A DNA stretch of 64,000 bases from Phoronis australis (GCA_002633005.1 NMRA01000983.1:1-64000), one strand, 5' to 3'. Shown: positions 13,501 through 26,518, counted from the first letter of the stretch. Notes: generated by a model from the sequence alone, not told the origin. Translations and numbers: made by a program.

Positions 13501-16500
13501 TAGCCTTGACATTTGGGCCGTCATTTTGAACTGATGTTGAAACCTTGTTGCAATATTCGTCATACGTGCATGTCTAGCAAAATACCTTATCTTTATTCTC
13601 GGGTAACTTCAAATACGAAATACATAACATGTAGCGAGAAAAAAAGATTTTGCTGAACCACCACCAACTATTTTTGAAATGTGTTTACAACTTATCCAAG
13701 TTTAAAGGCACAGAGCTGTCACTCAAACTCAATCTTCCACCAGGCCTATGCACTTCCTTGCTTAAGCACATGTCACATTCCTTTCATTCATGGAGTCGAC
13801 ACCACATTGATTCAACGAGGTATACATGGCGTAGAAAGATATCGAGGCAAATGAAGACCACACCTTTTTTATCTAAAGGGAGTCGTGTTTCTGCTTTAAT
13901 ACGACCGTAAGGAACGCTAGACGACGACACTAGAGTGTCCGCTAAGGCTTTCTGGGCCTTTACGGCAAATCTCTTGTTATTGTACTCTACAGCTTTTCGT
14001 TATAAGCATTACAATATGCACCGAGTCGGCCCACGGCACATGTTACTTCGTTTCCATGAACATGTAGGTAATCTGACGTTTGATGTGTTGGTGTCTATCC
14101 ATCGGCGTGCTTTAACCGCAGACACTCGATTTCTATTCTCCATTTTGTTTTTGTTTTTTTGATAATCATGCAGTCTCCCTTCGAGATGGAGGTATCTGAA
14201 GGAATGCAGGGTCTTTACTTGAATTTAAAAATCTGATTTAATTTTATCGCGTACATAAGTTTTCCTCGATGTACATGTATTTATGAATAAGATGACATTT
14301 TCAAGTGCTTTTGGACTATCCATACAGCAAAATATGGACAAACTAAAATGAGGTCAGGGTCCCAGCACTGCTCGCTGGTGAAGTTTCTCTTAAATTTTCA
14401 CTTCTTATAAAATTTCGCTAGATTGTTTTAAAACCTCCTCGACACCCAGACCCCAAGAGCCCCAGACCCACGATCCCACGACCTGCGGCAATATAGGTAT
14501 CTTTGCGATTTTTACATGTTTCATACACTTATTTCATCGCTGTCGAATGACTTCGGCATGTGACCTGCCTACACAAATCTGCTCTGGCTCAAGACAGGTG
14601 GTTAAAAATAGAAAGTGACATATGAACATGATTTAAAATGGCGGATTGTGAAAACACTGTAGTTGTCACGAAAATAGCTAGTTTTGGAGCAAATCTGTAC
14701 ACTATATACATGCGCGCACCCAGGGGGTGGATCGGGGGCTCGGACAAGCCCCAATCATTTGGCGGATAGGCAGAAAGATCCAACTAAGAGAAATGTAAAC
14801 CCAAAAACCTAGAAATCGAAACATACCCCGTGAATCTTACTGAAAGATCCATCTGCTCACAAATTCGAGCCCACCCTCATTTTTAGACTTGTTGCACGCA
14901 TGAAATATACAGTTTTGTTCAAACGTGAATAAAAAATCACCAACTACAATCTGACACAAAATCGGGTCATTAAAATACACATTTCCTTGACTACATTAAC
15001 TTACTTACCGGTGCTGGAAAAATTACGTTTGATTTTTAGAACTGTCCTTGCTAAAAAAGTACACAATTCTGGCCTTCTCGCACTGACTTTCCCAAAAATA
15101 GCTTGAATCTGTCATTCACTGAAAAGCAGTAGGTCTTTGATTTGATTTGATTGCTTAGTTTTTTTTCTCCGATTTTGGCTTTCAAACTTGCCGAATCGAT
15201 TCTCTTAATTGCCAAAAACAAAAAGCCAGGCGAGCTCACGGCCAGACTCGTTGGTCCTTGAAGTCATCATCGGTAGTTCTTTGTTCAGACAAACTGTTTC
15301 GAGAGGGTTATGGGTCGTGAGAATCTTGGATAGTGGTTGTCGAAGGTGTCATGGGGGTTTTAGGACAATCCTTCTATTCTCGACTGCACCTTGTTTCCAA
15401 ACCTCCATGTTCGCCAGTCGCCAAGGCTTCACTCTGTTGCATTCATATCATTACATGCTCCCTTGGCTTCCCGGTTCCTACTGCCCCGTGCAAACCCGTG
15501 ACGTAGTTTGTTGATTCGTTATACATGTACCAGCTGTTTGTCGTCTTGTTTTTAGCTCAAAATGAAAAGTTTGACTTTTGATGAATGTTGTTTTCAACGG
15601 TGTCGTCGTTTCTTTTGCATTGTAATGCTGTGGCCAAAAGCTGTCATGTTAAAATCAACGAAACCAGTTGTAAGCTTGCTGGCGCACTCATTAAAGGTCG
15701 TACATTGTAAGTACGATAGCAGTTAAAAGCGGCTGTGGACTCGTCACTGCTAAGACGACGCTGTGTTTTTTAGATGAAAGAGAACATTGCAACCTCTGTT
15801 TATAGTGATTTACTTTCATAAATTACGACCGCCTCTAAGGGCGGATCCAGGATTTTTAGTTAGGGGGGCCAGGGCACGGGAATACATTGTTGAAAAAATA
15901 CCTACCGCAGGCCAGTAGCGTGACATCATCCAACATATGACCTCCGTAACTATTTGAATCGAGATTTGTCGCTTGAAAGATTACCTGGTGGTGAAACACA
16001 ATAGCTTAGTAGAGCGTGAAAAGCACTTACAAGGGACTTAGATTCATTTACATTACTTAGCTCAGTGTCAATCTGTTCAGGCGACGACTGAGTGTACTAA
16101 AGCCGTCTTCTACTGGGATATTTTTTGCTTCCTGTTTACCTGCCCTGACTCCCTGAGAAGGGCTGATCGGTTAGTAAATGTTATTTCATTCATTACACTT
16201 TCCAATGTTGGGATGCGCTCAATTTTGTTAACAAATAACACTGATTAGGTTAATACAATGAACGACCTGTTTCCTGCAGAAAGCTAACGTCTTTTGGAGA
16301 AACGGGGTGTGACACCTCAAAAAAACAACAAAATTAATTTCTTTCTATATGGATGTCAAGAACTTAACTCAAACGAATATAAGGTTTTATTTGAAATAGT
16401 ATCAGAATTTCTTTATAACATTAAATCTCTTTGTGTGAGTGGATAGAATTTTATATATCTGTATGGAAATGAATTATTTTCATTCGTTGTCATATATCAT

Positions 16501-19500
16501 TGTATTCAGTTTTTTTTTATTTATGTATTCGTACATAATCATTGTATATAGACATCTTTGTATTGTTTTACCCAGATCTAATGCCTCTTGGCGCTTTCTG
16601 GGTTATGTATATTCATTGTATTCTCAAGATTTCGTAATAAACATTAAAAAACTCCTCAAAAAATTATCGATTTAATTGAGAGAAGAGAGAAAGAGTCAGA
16701 AGTTAGGCAAAGAGGTCCATTTAAATCAGTATTCCAGAACTGAGAGTTCTAAAAAAATGGTTTATCAGCTGGTGACAAATTGTATTATTATTGTTATTAA
16801 TATTATTAAGTTCTGCTCTCAGTTTTTCTCACAATGAAATGTCATAAAATGTTCTGCCTAAAACTTCATTGTAATGAAAAAGGTAGGTTTTACGCAAGAT
16901 GGCCTGAAAACAAGTTCACGGTAAATATCGCGGCAACGTGTCTCGTGGCACAATCACGGCGTCCACTTCTTACTAAGTAGGTTCCAATCAACTTTTTTCA
17001 GCAATAACATAGGAAACAGAATTATGTATAAGAACGTAGGAATAGATGCAATATTTAATCAAAGAAGTTTTAAATCAATACATGACAGAATTACATTTTT
17101 CGGCGGCGAAGAGTAAGATGATATCGTCATATTTTTGTACTTGGCGAAACTCAATTTAAAACAACTTAAATTATGAATAAGGCTGTGGAAAAGGTTCTCA
17201 ATAACTTTTACAATAAGTGAAACATGTCACATTTACCAAAAAAGTAAAATGATACTATTCAAAGAAAATCATACCCGCCTACTGGCAATTCTTCGTCCAA
17301 TCTGATCCCAATGTTTAAAAAAGATTAAGGATGTCGGGTAAAATACGTTTGCTACCCGAAATACAGTTTCTATGTTAACGGATTCCAAACGAAATGTTTG
17401 GTAATGCGCATAATATTCAAAATGGGTAGCGTAAGGGGAAGTGAACTTAATTTTGTCTTGTATTTAGTAGGTCTAGTTGCTGGCTTTGTGGATTTGAGTA
17501 ATGATAGGTGCATACGTGTAGTTGGATAAAATCCCAGGAGTGCTCCTACAGAAAAGGTTTTCTGAAGATGGGTAGGCATATGAATTTAACTGTCAAGTCA
17601 AAAATTTTTGAAGATGGACAGCTTTAGACATGTATTATTACTGTCCAAATATATACTTGTCGCGTGTGTCATTCCGTTTCTTCAGTACGCTGTTATTTTG
17701 AAAATGCGGATCTGAAGAACAGATGCTGCTTTCAAATGCCAAAATACCTTGTATGGTGTGGTGGTAAGTTGAGATACGTCCACAAATCCCCTCTTCCAAC
17801 TGTCGCCCTGTCTACCACTTACGGAGAATACATTTACCTCTGTATTGACTTGAGATATCGACACAGTGAGAGGGCCCAACCCTTGTAAATTCATAAAATA
17901 ATAGAATTCCAAGGCACATCCTTCGTCTGCAGACAGTTGCGACGTGAGATTTGTGTTCCCGTTGAGAGTTGGTTTGTGTGCCTTTTTCGCCGCATACATT
18001 GCCTTACCTGGAAATAACTTTTATGTGTACAAACGCGTCACAAATTTCATGTATGAAAGTCGTCGGTTACCTGAATCAGCTATCCGACTTTCAATCCTAC
18101 GGGGAATTCATGGAGCAGCCAACAGCAAAACAAACTCCATCATCTACCAGGAAGAATTCCTATTACACACCAGCATTATGATATTTTCAAAGTAACTCTC
18201 TTTGTCACCTAATGACAAGTTTACGGTGGTGTAGGACCCTAGAAAATGACCAATTTAGGCTAAATGAGGACCATGATATCTCATCAGTAGATAAACAGAT
18301 CCGCTTGAAATTTTCAGAAATTATACTTCATGCTCCCTTGTTAAAGTGTATCATTTTTGCACGAAGGACTTACAAGATTTTTTACAGTTGCATAAAACGA
18401 AGAAAAAATATAATTTAAAAAACTGTAACATTTTTTGAGATTTTATCTTGAATACTTATTTTAATACTAAGTTTGGTTATATACTTGATCCTGTATTTTT
18501 GCTATGCATGTTGTTGTTTTTTTTTTGATAAATTTTACTAAAAAGCATAATCACGTGATCATATTGATGGAAAATTGGTATATAATGAACAAATAAATTC
18601 TACGGAATATCTGCTTTTACAAAATATATACTTTTGCTGAGTTTAATTCTTAAGAGCACGTCCACGAATGGACCAGGCAAAAAGTGATAAAGGCTATGTC
18701 ACGGATTTCCTCGATTGTTTGCATGATGGTAGGGGTTGATGCCCCAACCTTCATACCAACATTATTTTTTTTGCATGCGCCACCTTGTGGTTGCTATGGG
18801 AACGTGTTGTTTTTCTGCCAATTCCAAGCCTCGTTACAGCTACATTTTGGCACTTTTTGCGAACTTACCTTGAGAACAATAGTGCAAAATGAAACACTTC
18901 AAGTTTATCACTGAATTGGTGTGTCTTTCAACTTGCCAGTCATAGAAAATGTCAAGGTTTCAGTTACATCTTAACCGTTTTTGAAGGCTACCAGTCTAGC
19001 TAGTTCGTGGTGATTCCAAAATGTTGAAAATTGCCCTACTTCCTGCCTTAATATCTCAGCTGAAGCCAAATTTAAAACAACAAAACTACAACCAGTGTTT
19101 AGATTGATCTTAGCTCTACAAAATAAAACCATAAAAAGTCTAGGCAATCACCCTTCTTCATACCGCTTCGGTCTCTAGAAGTAGGGCACCTCACCAAAAT
19201 TATGCAACCGGCCAATGTCTGCATAGTAACAAATGTATGCGAGGATTCAAAATACAGTTTTGAAATCTTAAAATAGGCGATCGAACATATCAAGAGAGCT
19301 TTAATTTTGTTACTTTACAGAAAATAATGAGAAGCACAACAAGGCACGTTGGTTTCCTTTGACCCTGACGATAACGCTGCCAATAACATGTGCATATACT
19401 CACCGTTTCAAAATGCATTATGGTTGAGTAAAAAATCTCTAAAGTAAGTCTTCAGTTATACATAACTGGGAACTCAAATTCTGAAATTTTAATGTGTGGG

Positions 19501-22500
19501 TCTGATTGAAATTTAGTTTTCTAATGTTCTCGAAGTCGGTTGATCGTGTCCCGACGCATCTCAATTCAACGAATTTTATAAAAAACAATAATAGGTGTAT
19601 TGGGCCGGAAGGAGACAACTGCATCTCCATACATAGTGTATATCACCAAACCCGAACAAATCAGACAGCAAAGTAGTTAGTCATAAAAAAGAGATGTATT
19701 GAAATGGTATTGGTTAGATGCTGTGAAATGAGGTTAGAAAAACTGATCTGATAAGGATAGGCGACTACCGGTGAAATTTGCGTTGTTGAATAACTTTTCT
19801 TACGCTTCTCATTCGGGAAAGTCTCCGAACAGCACACGCCCAGATGTGCATATGGATGTCTGAATATTCTCGCATTATGGATACCAAGGTTTTTTAGTTT
19901 TCACCGACAACGCATAGAATGATGTATTTGCGGAAGGTTTGCAGACATTTTCATAAAAAACACAGGAAACCGAGTATTTCACACGCAAGATAGCAGAAAA
20001 ATCAGTTCAGATGTTTTTTGCATCTATCACAGTTACAATGGCGGATTCCAGGAGGGGGCCAAGGGGGCCATGCCCCCCTAAAATTCTCCCAGATACCATT
20101 TGTCAGTTCGGGGTGCTAATTTGTGACTAGCATATGCGCGCACCCAGGGGGCTCCGTGGGCGAATGCACAATGCATTGGCCTTGAACAAACCCGGATTTT
20201 TTAGTAATAAGGTCCACAAACCCAAAAATTCGAGACCCCTGCATCCCTACATTTTAGGGTGGGCGCGCGGATGTGGCGAAATTCTGTGCCCTGCTCCCCC
20301 CCAATTCAAAATCCTGGATCCGCCCAAGTTTAGTATGGGTATGCAATGGTGTTTGGTGCTTACCATCGGTCAGACTCAAAAAATTCAGAAGTCTCGAGAC
20401 TAATACATGTAGTGTCAGCTACTTCATTGAAAAATCATAAGACAATTCATGTGCAGCAAAACGAAAATAAAACACACAAAGTTAACATTCAGACTGCATA
20501 TAGGTGAACTTGGGTAATCCTGCAAAGAGATTTTGGAACAAAGTTGGGCAATATTTAAAAACTGTTCTGATTTAAATCATTGTTTATTATGTTAGACATA
20601 GAGATGCAGCAGAGCAGATTATACTGTACTTATGTAGCAAAACGATAAGATAGCCAAATATTAAACAAAAACCAAAATAGTTTAGAGAATAGTAATACTA
20701 TATTGAGGCTGATATAGGACACAGGCAAATTACACGACATAAATCAAGTAAATAGAAAAGAACAAATGTGGTCACATTTACAAAATGCGAGCAAATTAGG
20801 TGTACAATGAGACACCTTTAGTCAGCATAGATGACACGTCACGAAATGGAAATAGCATTTTGTCTGACTACTTTTGACATACTGTATTTCAAATGTCTCT
20901 GAGTCTTGTATACATGAAATGTGCTACTGCGGCAATTCCATTGACTCAACAATCTTTTGTCACAATTCAAATCGACGGTCTTCCTCAGCGATTCTTTTCA
21001 TTCCAAAGGCATCAAATTGTGCGAGTTTCCCAGAACGATTGAGTGCTGCTAAACGGGAAAATATTTAATCTGCTGAGGTGAGAGACATTCTTCAGAACAT
21101 CAATATGACCAGGAGCAATACATTCATGGGTAACATATAATGCTTTGCTGGCTTTTTGTTTGTAATATCGTTAGGACCTTTCGGCAAATTCATCGATGTC
21201 AGTTAGAAGCTGGGTCCTAACAGGGTTGACTCTTCCATCAGATGCAGCAGTGAGAAACTGATTCGACTTATGGATCTTTGGCAAAGGCGTGGGCAGCCAG
21301 AATGATGGTTGGTCCCCCTCGTTTCCACTTGAAAAATTTGCCTGTAAATATTACAATTATATGCAACTTAATCCGTAAACACAAGAATTATATTTTCCAT
21401 AAATAGCCTTTCCCCAAAGTATTTATTTTCACCATTCAAAATAGCTTGGAAAAATGGCCACTCACATATGCATGCTACCCTCATTGTGTGCAAGCACTAC
21501 TCAAAACAAAAGGTGTCGTCAATTAATCAAAATGTAAGTTCACTACTAAAACCTGGAAAACCATCAATTTTGATATATAGCATTGCCACGGCTTCGAAAT
21601 GCCATAAAGTTAAGACAAGATCCAACACTCTTCATGCCACGATGCTGATTGAGAAAATTTTATGTTTTAGTACATGATTTTCAGGCTAAAAGGAATACAA
21701 TTGCATCCTCAATATTTTTAGCTAAATGCACCTTTCAAAATTTGCCTCAGTGGTCACTAAAACAACCCGGAGCAACTATAAAAATCCTATTTGGAGTACC
21801 TAAGCTTTCAATACAAGCAGTCTTCCCTCTCAGAGGAATTTTCAAATGTTGACAGTTGTGGTGAAATAACTGGAACAGAACTAAGCAGATTGTGCACTTA
21901 TGAACATAGCTCCTCAAATAAACATACAGTACAGTGTAGTTCAAGGTCTGTGAACGCTATCCATTGACTCACAAGCTCTGGCCCAAACTCGCAAAACATA
22001 ACTTATGCACCCAAAAATCGCAGTGCGTGGAGCCAAATCCACTTAGTCTGAGAGACATGGTTGACAAGACAGTAAATACAGAATATATGCAAAGTGTTTT
22101 GTCTGCAAATACAAGGACAGTGTTACAGTCCATCAGTAATGTTTCCTAGCAGATGAGTTAGTGAGACCGTCACCAGTTTTTGAGTCAATGCGCAGTTTAC
22201 AAGCCCACCGGCCCTGTTTATATTTGAGGCAATTTGCGCCAACCTTGTAGTTACATACTCCTGTAACTATGGACAACTTGTGCAGTCAAACTTCAGAGAC
22301 GCAAAATTCGCTGAATGCACGGCATTTTCATTTGTCTATGAGGTTTATAAGCAACCACAATACAACTGAAATAAAAATCTACTACAACTACTGATTTGCT
22401 ATCATTAAATGTTGATGCACTTAATCCTGGAACCAAGAATCTCAGAAAAAGGTTTTGTGTAACAACACTCCAATTCATTAACTAACTACTTACTAGTATA

Positions 22501-25500
22501 CTTTCTGTAGTAAGCTCAACAACAGTGGCTAACTTCTTTGGTAAACGCTTACAATTTCTGCGTAGACCTGCAATGGAATTTTATGGAAAGTAGGCATAAC
22601 AGAACTCCCAATAGAATGCTGTATTTTGAATCCCCAAATGTTTTCCCCAGTCTTGTTCATGAGGTTGAATGCTTCAGGTATTAGGGACTTTAACGGTGTT
22701 AAAACTTTAGCCATGTTAATTAAATTAGGCCCCATTGTAATGGGGTTCCACTGCATATTTGGAAAATTATGTATCTCTGGTTATACAGATAGAGCAATGT
22801 GACCAATCAGAAGTGACTACAGGTGAATTAGATGAGAAATTGGTGTCAGCTAGGAGACAAGGGCTCGATTAAATCTTTTGATAATGGACACCAAATTTCC
22901 ACTTTTTACACATGCGTATTCATAAAATGGAATGTATTTCGACAAACCCTAAATATTGAGATAAAGTGAATATTTTACTAATACAAGTCAGTACTGGAAG
23001 AAGTTACTAAAATTACTCTAGTACTCGAGTGTCGCTTTACTTCATGTAGGGTTGTGCCCTTCATGGCGACTGCAGTCAGAATCTAGTTGAGAAAGCAAAT
23101 ATAATAAAGTCGTTATCAACAAGTATAGAGTATTGATGACCTGCAGCTGCATAACAACTTACCTGACCCAACTGGAATCGATACATTCTGTTCTTCCAGA
23201 AATTCTTTGTTGACTGTATTTCCACTTACATTCCAAACTCAAGCTTGGCCTTGGGCTTAACCTTTCTGATGTTGAAGGTGGGCACATATCTTACTTTTAC
23301 TTGGCCTTCGTCTGATTCCATGCTGAGATCGACGATTTTCACAAACTGGGGGTGGGGGGGCAAACTGTTAAGCCCACTCTGACCCTGGCAAGAATCAACT
23401 GCCACTTTCACTGTTTTAGCACTGTCACTGAACGGGACTGGGTGGATGACTTTAACATATTTCAGTTTCCTTGCTATGGACTTGTTGCAATCAGTTAGTG
23501 CTTCAATTGCTTTCTGCATGGTTTCGATATTCCTTTGAAGCTCCATAAACCAGATTTGAAGGATTATGCCAACGAACACACTATATTAACTACTTCCACC
23601 ACCTCATCAGCCATTTTTTCTTCAGTGATATGAGAGACACCTGAAGGGCTCTTCATCAAAATGGTAATTCGCAGTAAAAAAAACAAAACAAAAAATACTA
23701 GTTTTATCAAATTTTATTTGCTAAGAAATAAGCCCAATAATTTATCAACCATTTGAGCGCTTTTAAATCTCAAAACTCAACATTTTCGATGACTAGTAGT
23801 TAATGTCACAAGTGCTCACTTTGGCTGAGGTGGCTGCGAACAATTGCTCATTACTATATGAAGACATGTGTTTGCCGGTGGTTTTGATGCCAAATATCTA
23901 TTCTACTAAGATAGAACAAACCCACGATTAAGTTTCAAAGTGTAAAATTTGGCTTCAGCTGAGATTGACTCATTCAAACCTGGGCAAGTTATCCGTGTTT
24001 TCTGCTTGTATGACCCCATGACCCTTCAAACCCCAAAATGTGGAATTTAAGGGGCAACTTGACACTTTTATTTTTCATTTTTAGGAAGACAATGGATGAC
24101 TTTATACAAAACAGTAGCTATTTCATTTTCTAGTAGCTTCTGTAATTACTTACAATGTCACAAAAACTGTGATTATTGGGGTAAGTTCTGGTAGTGGTTT
24201 TCAGTGAAAACTGAGGTACCCGACTTTTAAGCAACCTAACGCGATAGAATTTGTTTAAAGTGCATTTTAGTAATTACCATAAGAAAGTAAACAAAAATGC
24301 ATAATATGATCCAAATCCGTCACATAGGGTTTATCACCCCTGCATGGATTTTTGCCTGGTCTGAAGTGTACTGCACTCTTAAGTATTTGAGATATTTTGT
24401 TAAATGAACAGACTTGTCAATAATGTCCTACTTTACCTTTAAGGAGGAAAGATTGTTCCCACACTAACAACTCCCTTTACCACTTGACTTATGCCGAGAG
24501 AGAGAAAGAGGATTTATTAAGTGAAAAATGTATTAATTTCTAAAATAGAAAAATAGTGACAATGGGCCGGTCCAAAGATACCACAAGACTATTCTACCTT
24601 CAAAGCATATACCCACAATGCAACAAATGTGTCAAAACTTTGTTCTGTTTATTCACATACAAATGCACAAGTCACTTCCACATGCAAATGCACAAGTCAC
24701 TTACACATGCAAATGCACAAGTCACTTCCAAACAATTTAATTGTTGTACTTCTATAGTTGCAGATTCAATTGCAATGCTGAAACCAAGATATTGGAGAAA
24801 AAAAGCAAACAATGCATACGTTTTGCACTGAGCAATCTATCCAGTTCTTTGCGGTTCTATAAATAACTGAAGTAAGTGAGAATAACAATAATTGGGACTC
24901 ATTTTGCTTTAAATTTACCTGCCGTACTGTGATCAGATGTACCTGGTCCACCTCGAAGATTTGTTAGGTCCTTCAGCTCCCAAAAGTAGTTGTAAAACTT
25001 AGATTTCCCAGCCTTGAAGATTTCTATGTTGTACCCGCATATTCCTTCATCATCAAATGTACAACTTATTTTGTCACATCGCGAGAGATTGAAAACTGAA
25101 ACAGAAATGTGAAAAAGAGCCGTCCACAAGACGACTGAACTGACTTCATTCCAGACTCTGGTTTATCAAGTAGACTACAAAATTTTGTGATATTTTAATC
25201 ATTGTTCGACTTACCAAAAATTTCCGGTTATATACCCACAGCGTTATTCGAAAAAAATGCACATTTAGATTCTCTAGTAACTTAATCACACTGCGCATGT
25301 ACCTGGGCCTGGGTTAAGAACTTAGGCACACTGCACATGTACAGGTACCTGGGCCTGGGTTAGGAACTTAGGCACGCTGCACATGTACCTGGGCCTGAGT
25401 TAGGAACTGAGGCACACTGCGCATGTACCTGGGCCTGGGTTAGGAACTTAGGCACACTGTACATGTACTTGAGCCTGGGTTAGGAACTTAGGCACACTGC

Positions 25501-26179
25501 ACATGTACAGGTACCTGGGCCTGGGTTAGGAACTTAGGCACACTGCACATGTACCTGTATCTGGGTTAGGAACTTAGTGACACTGCACATGTACCTGTAC
25601 CTGGGTTAGAAACTTAGGCACACTGCATATGTGCATGTGCCTGGATTAGGAACTTAGGCACTCTGCACATGTACCTGGGCATGGGTTAGGAACTTAGGCA
25701 CACTGCGCATGTACCTGGGCCTGCGTTAACCAGCAAAATGACGGACAATTTGATCATTTCATTTTTTACTCAAAAAAATGACTTGTAAACAATCTTAGAT
25801 GTAGATTTGATGAAAATAACACGAGCCATTGTAGGCAAACGTAGCCTGTGATGTGCATTTTGCTGTAAATTACAGAAAGCTGACGCAGCCGAAAACGTTA
25901 ATTCTAGAAATAAATCATTCCGAAAGCGTTCCTGATAATAGGCTTGCCCAATGGTGGGTTCGTTGTCAGAAACCAGCGATGCAATCACTGAAAATATTTT
26001 TCATGACCTTCATCTTAAATTTATTTATAGTAGGCTGTTAATATAAAATTATCAACCTCATGTTGATAATAATAACAAAAATGACAAACATTATATTAAT
26101 ATTAATAAAATTATTATTACTATTACTATTACTATTACTATTACTATTACTATTATTATTATTATTATTATTATTATTA

Positions 26180-26230
<51 letters not shown>

Positions 26231-26518
26231 GTATCAATATGATTATGACTATTATTATATTGATAATGATTATAATCATAATAATTAAAGTAATAAGACT
26301 ATTGTCATAATCATCATCATTATTATTATTATTATATTTATAATAATTATAATAGTAACACTAATAGAATAGTAATAGTAATAGTAATAATTGTCGTGAA
26401 TATAGCGATAAACGTTGAAGTAATACAAAAGCAAGTTGTCAATTTCGTTAAATAAAATAACAGTACCTGCACTCATGTGAAGAAAAAATAACACCCCGGT
26501 ACAAATACCATAATCCAT
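8282..26518 (-). CDS. Spliced gene: signal peptide-MAM-14xEGF-mucin stalk-TM type I membrane protein (~972 aa)
   Basis: Six phase-compatible GT-AG exons: 26518-26467, 25095-24919, 18007-17748, 15984-15906, 15050-15009 and 10590-8282. Total 2919 nt = 973 codons including the stop, with no internal stop. Confidence 0.8.
10678..11996. mobile_element. Helentron/HINE (DINE-1-like) non-autonomous Helitron-type repeat with a duplicated end
   Basis: Starts aactagaaag with hairpin attattgt..acaataat and subTIR actctgcgcgtg. Ends ctctgcgcttacacgcgcagagt (twice, at 11925 and 11996). Internal tgacctttgacc-rich sub-repeats. Confidence 0.7.
12003..12661. mobile_element. Second, truncated tandem copy of the same HINE-like family
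   Basis: Same aactagaaagattattgt..gacaataatgga.tctgcgcgtg start and homologous internal sequence. Confidence 0.7.
12835..12972. repeat. Short tandem duplication (~65 bp x2)
   Basis: caaatgtaacgtaagaaactacagcgtggggtaaaataaaacgtacgaaactatagcgtggggtgc occurs twice. Confidence 0.85.
14709..14902. mobile_element. MITE-like element (catgcgcgcaccc...tgcacgcatg)
   Basis: Imperfect terminal inverted repeats; a related copy lies at 20134-20273. Confidence 0.5.
15009..15050 (-). CDS. 42-nt linker exon (ARTVLKIKRNFSST), phase 1-1
   Basis: acttttttag|caagg...caccg|gtaagtaa; strong splice sites and symmetric phase that keeps the frame. Confidence 0.55.
15906..15984 (-). CDS. MAM domain C-terminal exon (VIFQATNLDSNSYGGHMLDDVTLLAC); missed by the ORF track
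   Basis: ttcaccaccag|GTAATC...TGCG|gtaggt, phase 0 to 1. Matches the MAM end motif V.FE/Q....G...LDDV. Confidence 0.85.
17748..18007 (-). CDS. MAM domain middle exon
   Basis: ttatttccag|GTAAGGCAATG...TACAAG|gtattt. Encodes GKAMY...CALEFYYFM...SGRQGDSWKRGFVDV...PYK; phase 1 to 0. Confidence 0.87.
18654..24378 (-). mobile_element. Decayed Sola3-like DNA transposon inside intron 2 of the MAM-EGF gene
   Basis: TTAA|GAG...CTC|TTAA ends. Imperfect TIRs: gaccaggcaaaaa / tttttgcctggtc, and atctcagctgaagccaaattt at ~19053 inverted at ~23945. Minus-strand remnant EECLSPQQIK..FSRLAALNR near 21110-21040. Confidence 0.65.
20040..20324. mobile_element. MITE (ggcggattccagga...tcctggatccgcc) with a nested second MITE at 20134-20273
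   Basis: GC-rich terminal inverted repeats; a similar solo end lies at ~15838. Confidence 0.6.
24655..24730. repeat. Tandem repeat, ~25-bp unit x3 (caaatgcacaagtcactt)
   Basis: Seen directly. Confidence 0.8.
24919..25095 (-). CDS. MAM domain N-terminal exon
   Basis: ttctgtttcag|TTTTC...GGCAG|gtaaat. Encodes SCTFDDEGICGY...W...GPGTSDHSTAG (MAM CxF(D/E)..CG and DH motifs); phase 1-1. Confidence 0.88.
25288..25727. repeat. 40-bp minisatellite, ~10 copies (acatgtacctgggcctgggttaggaacttaggcacactgc)
   Basis: Seen directly; two units carry an extra 6-bp acaggt. Confidence 0.95.
26085..26392. repeat. (ATT)n/(ACTATT)n microsatellite and low-complexity tract in intron 1
   Basis: Seen directly. Confidence 0.95.
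26467..26518 (-). CDS. First coding exon, signal peptide (MDYGICTGVLFFLHMSA)
   Basis: ATG at 26518 and donor GCAG|gtactg, phase 1. Splicing gives MDYGICTGVLFFLHMSAVFNLSRC-DKISC. Confidence 0.7.

Noticed and set aside
25288-25727. CRISPR-like array
   Set aside because: Units are contiguous with no unique spacers, there are no cas genes, and the context is a eukaryotic intron.
26060-26279. Poly-Leu/Ile membrane peptides
   Set aside because: (ATT)n microsatellite.
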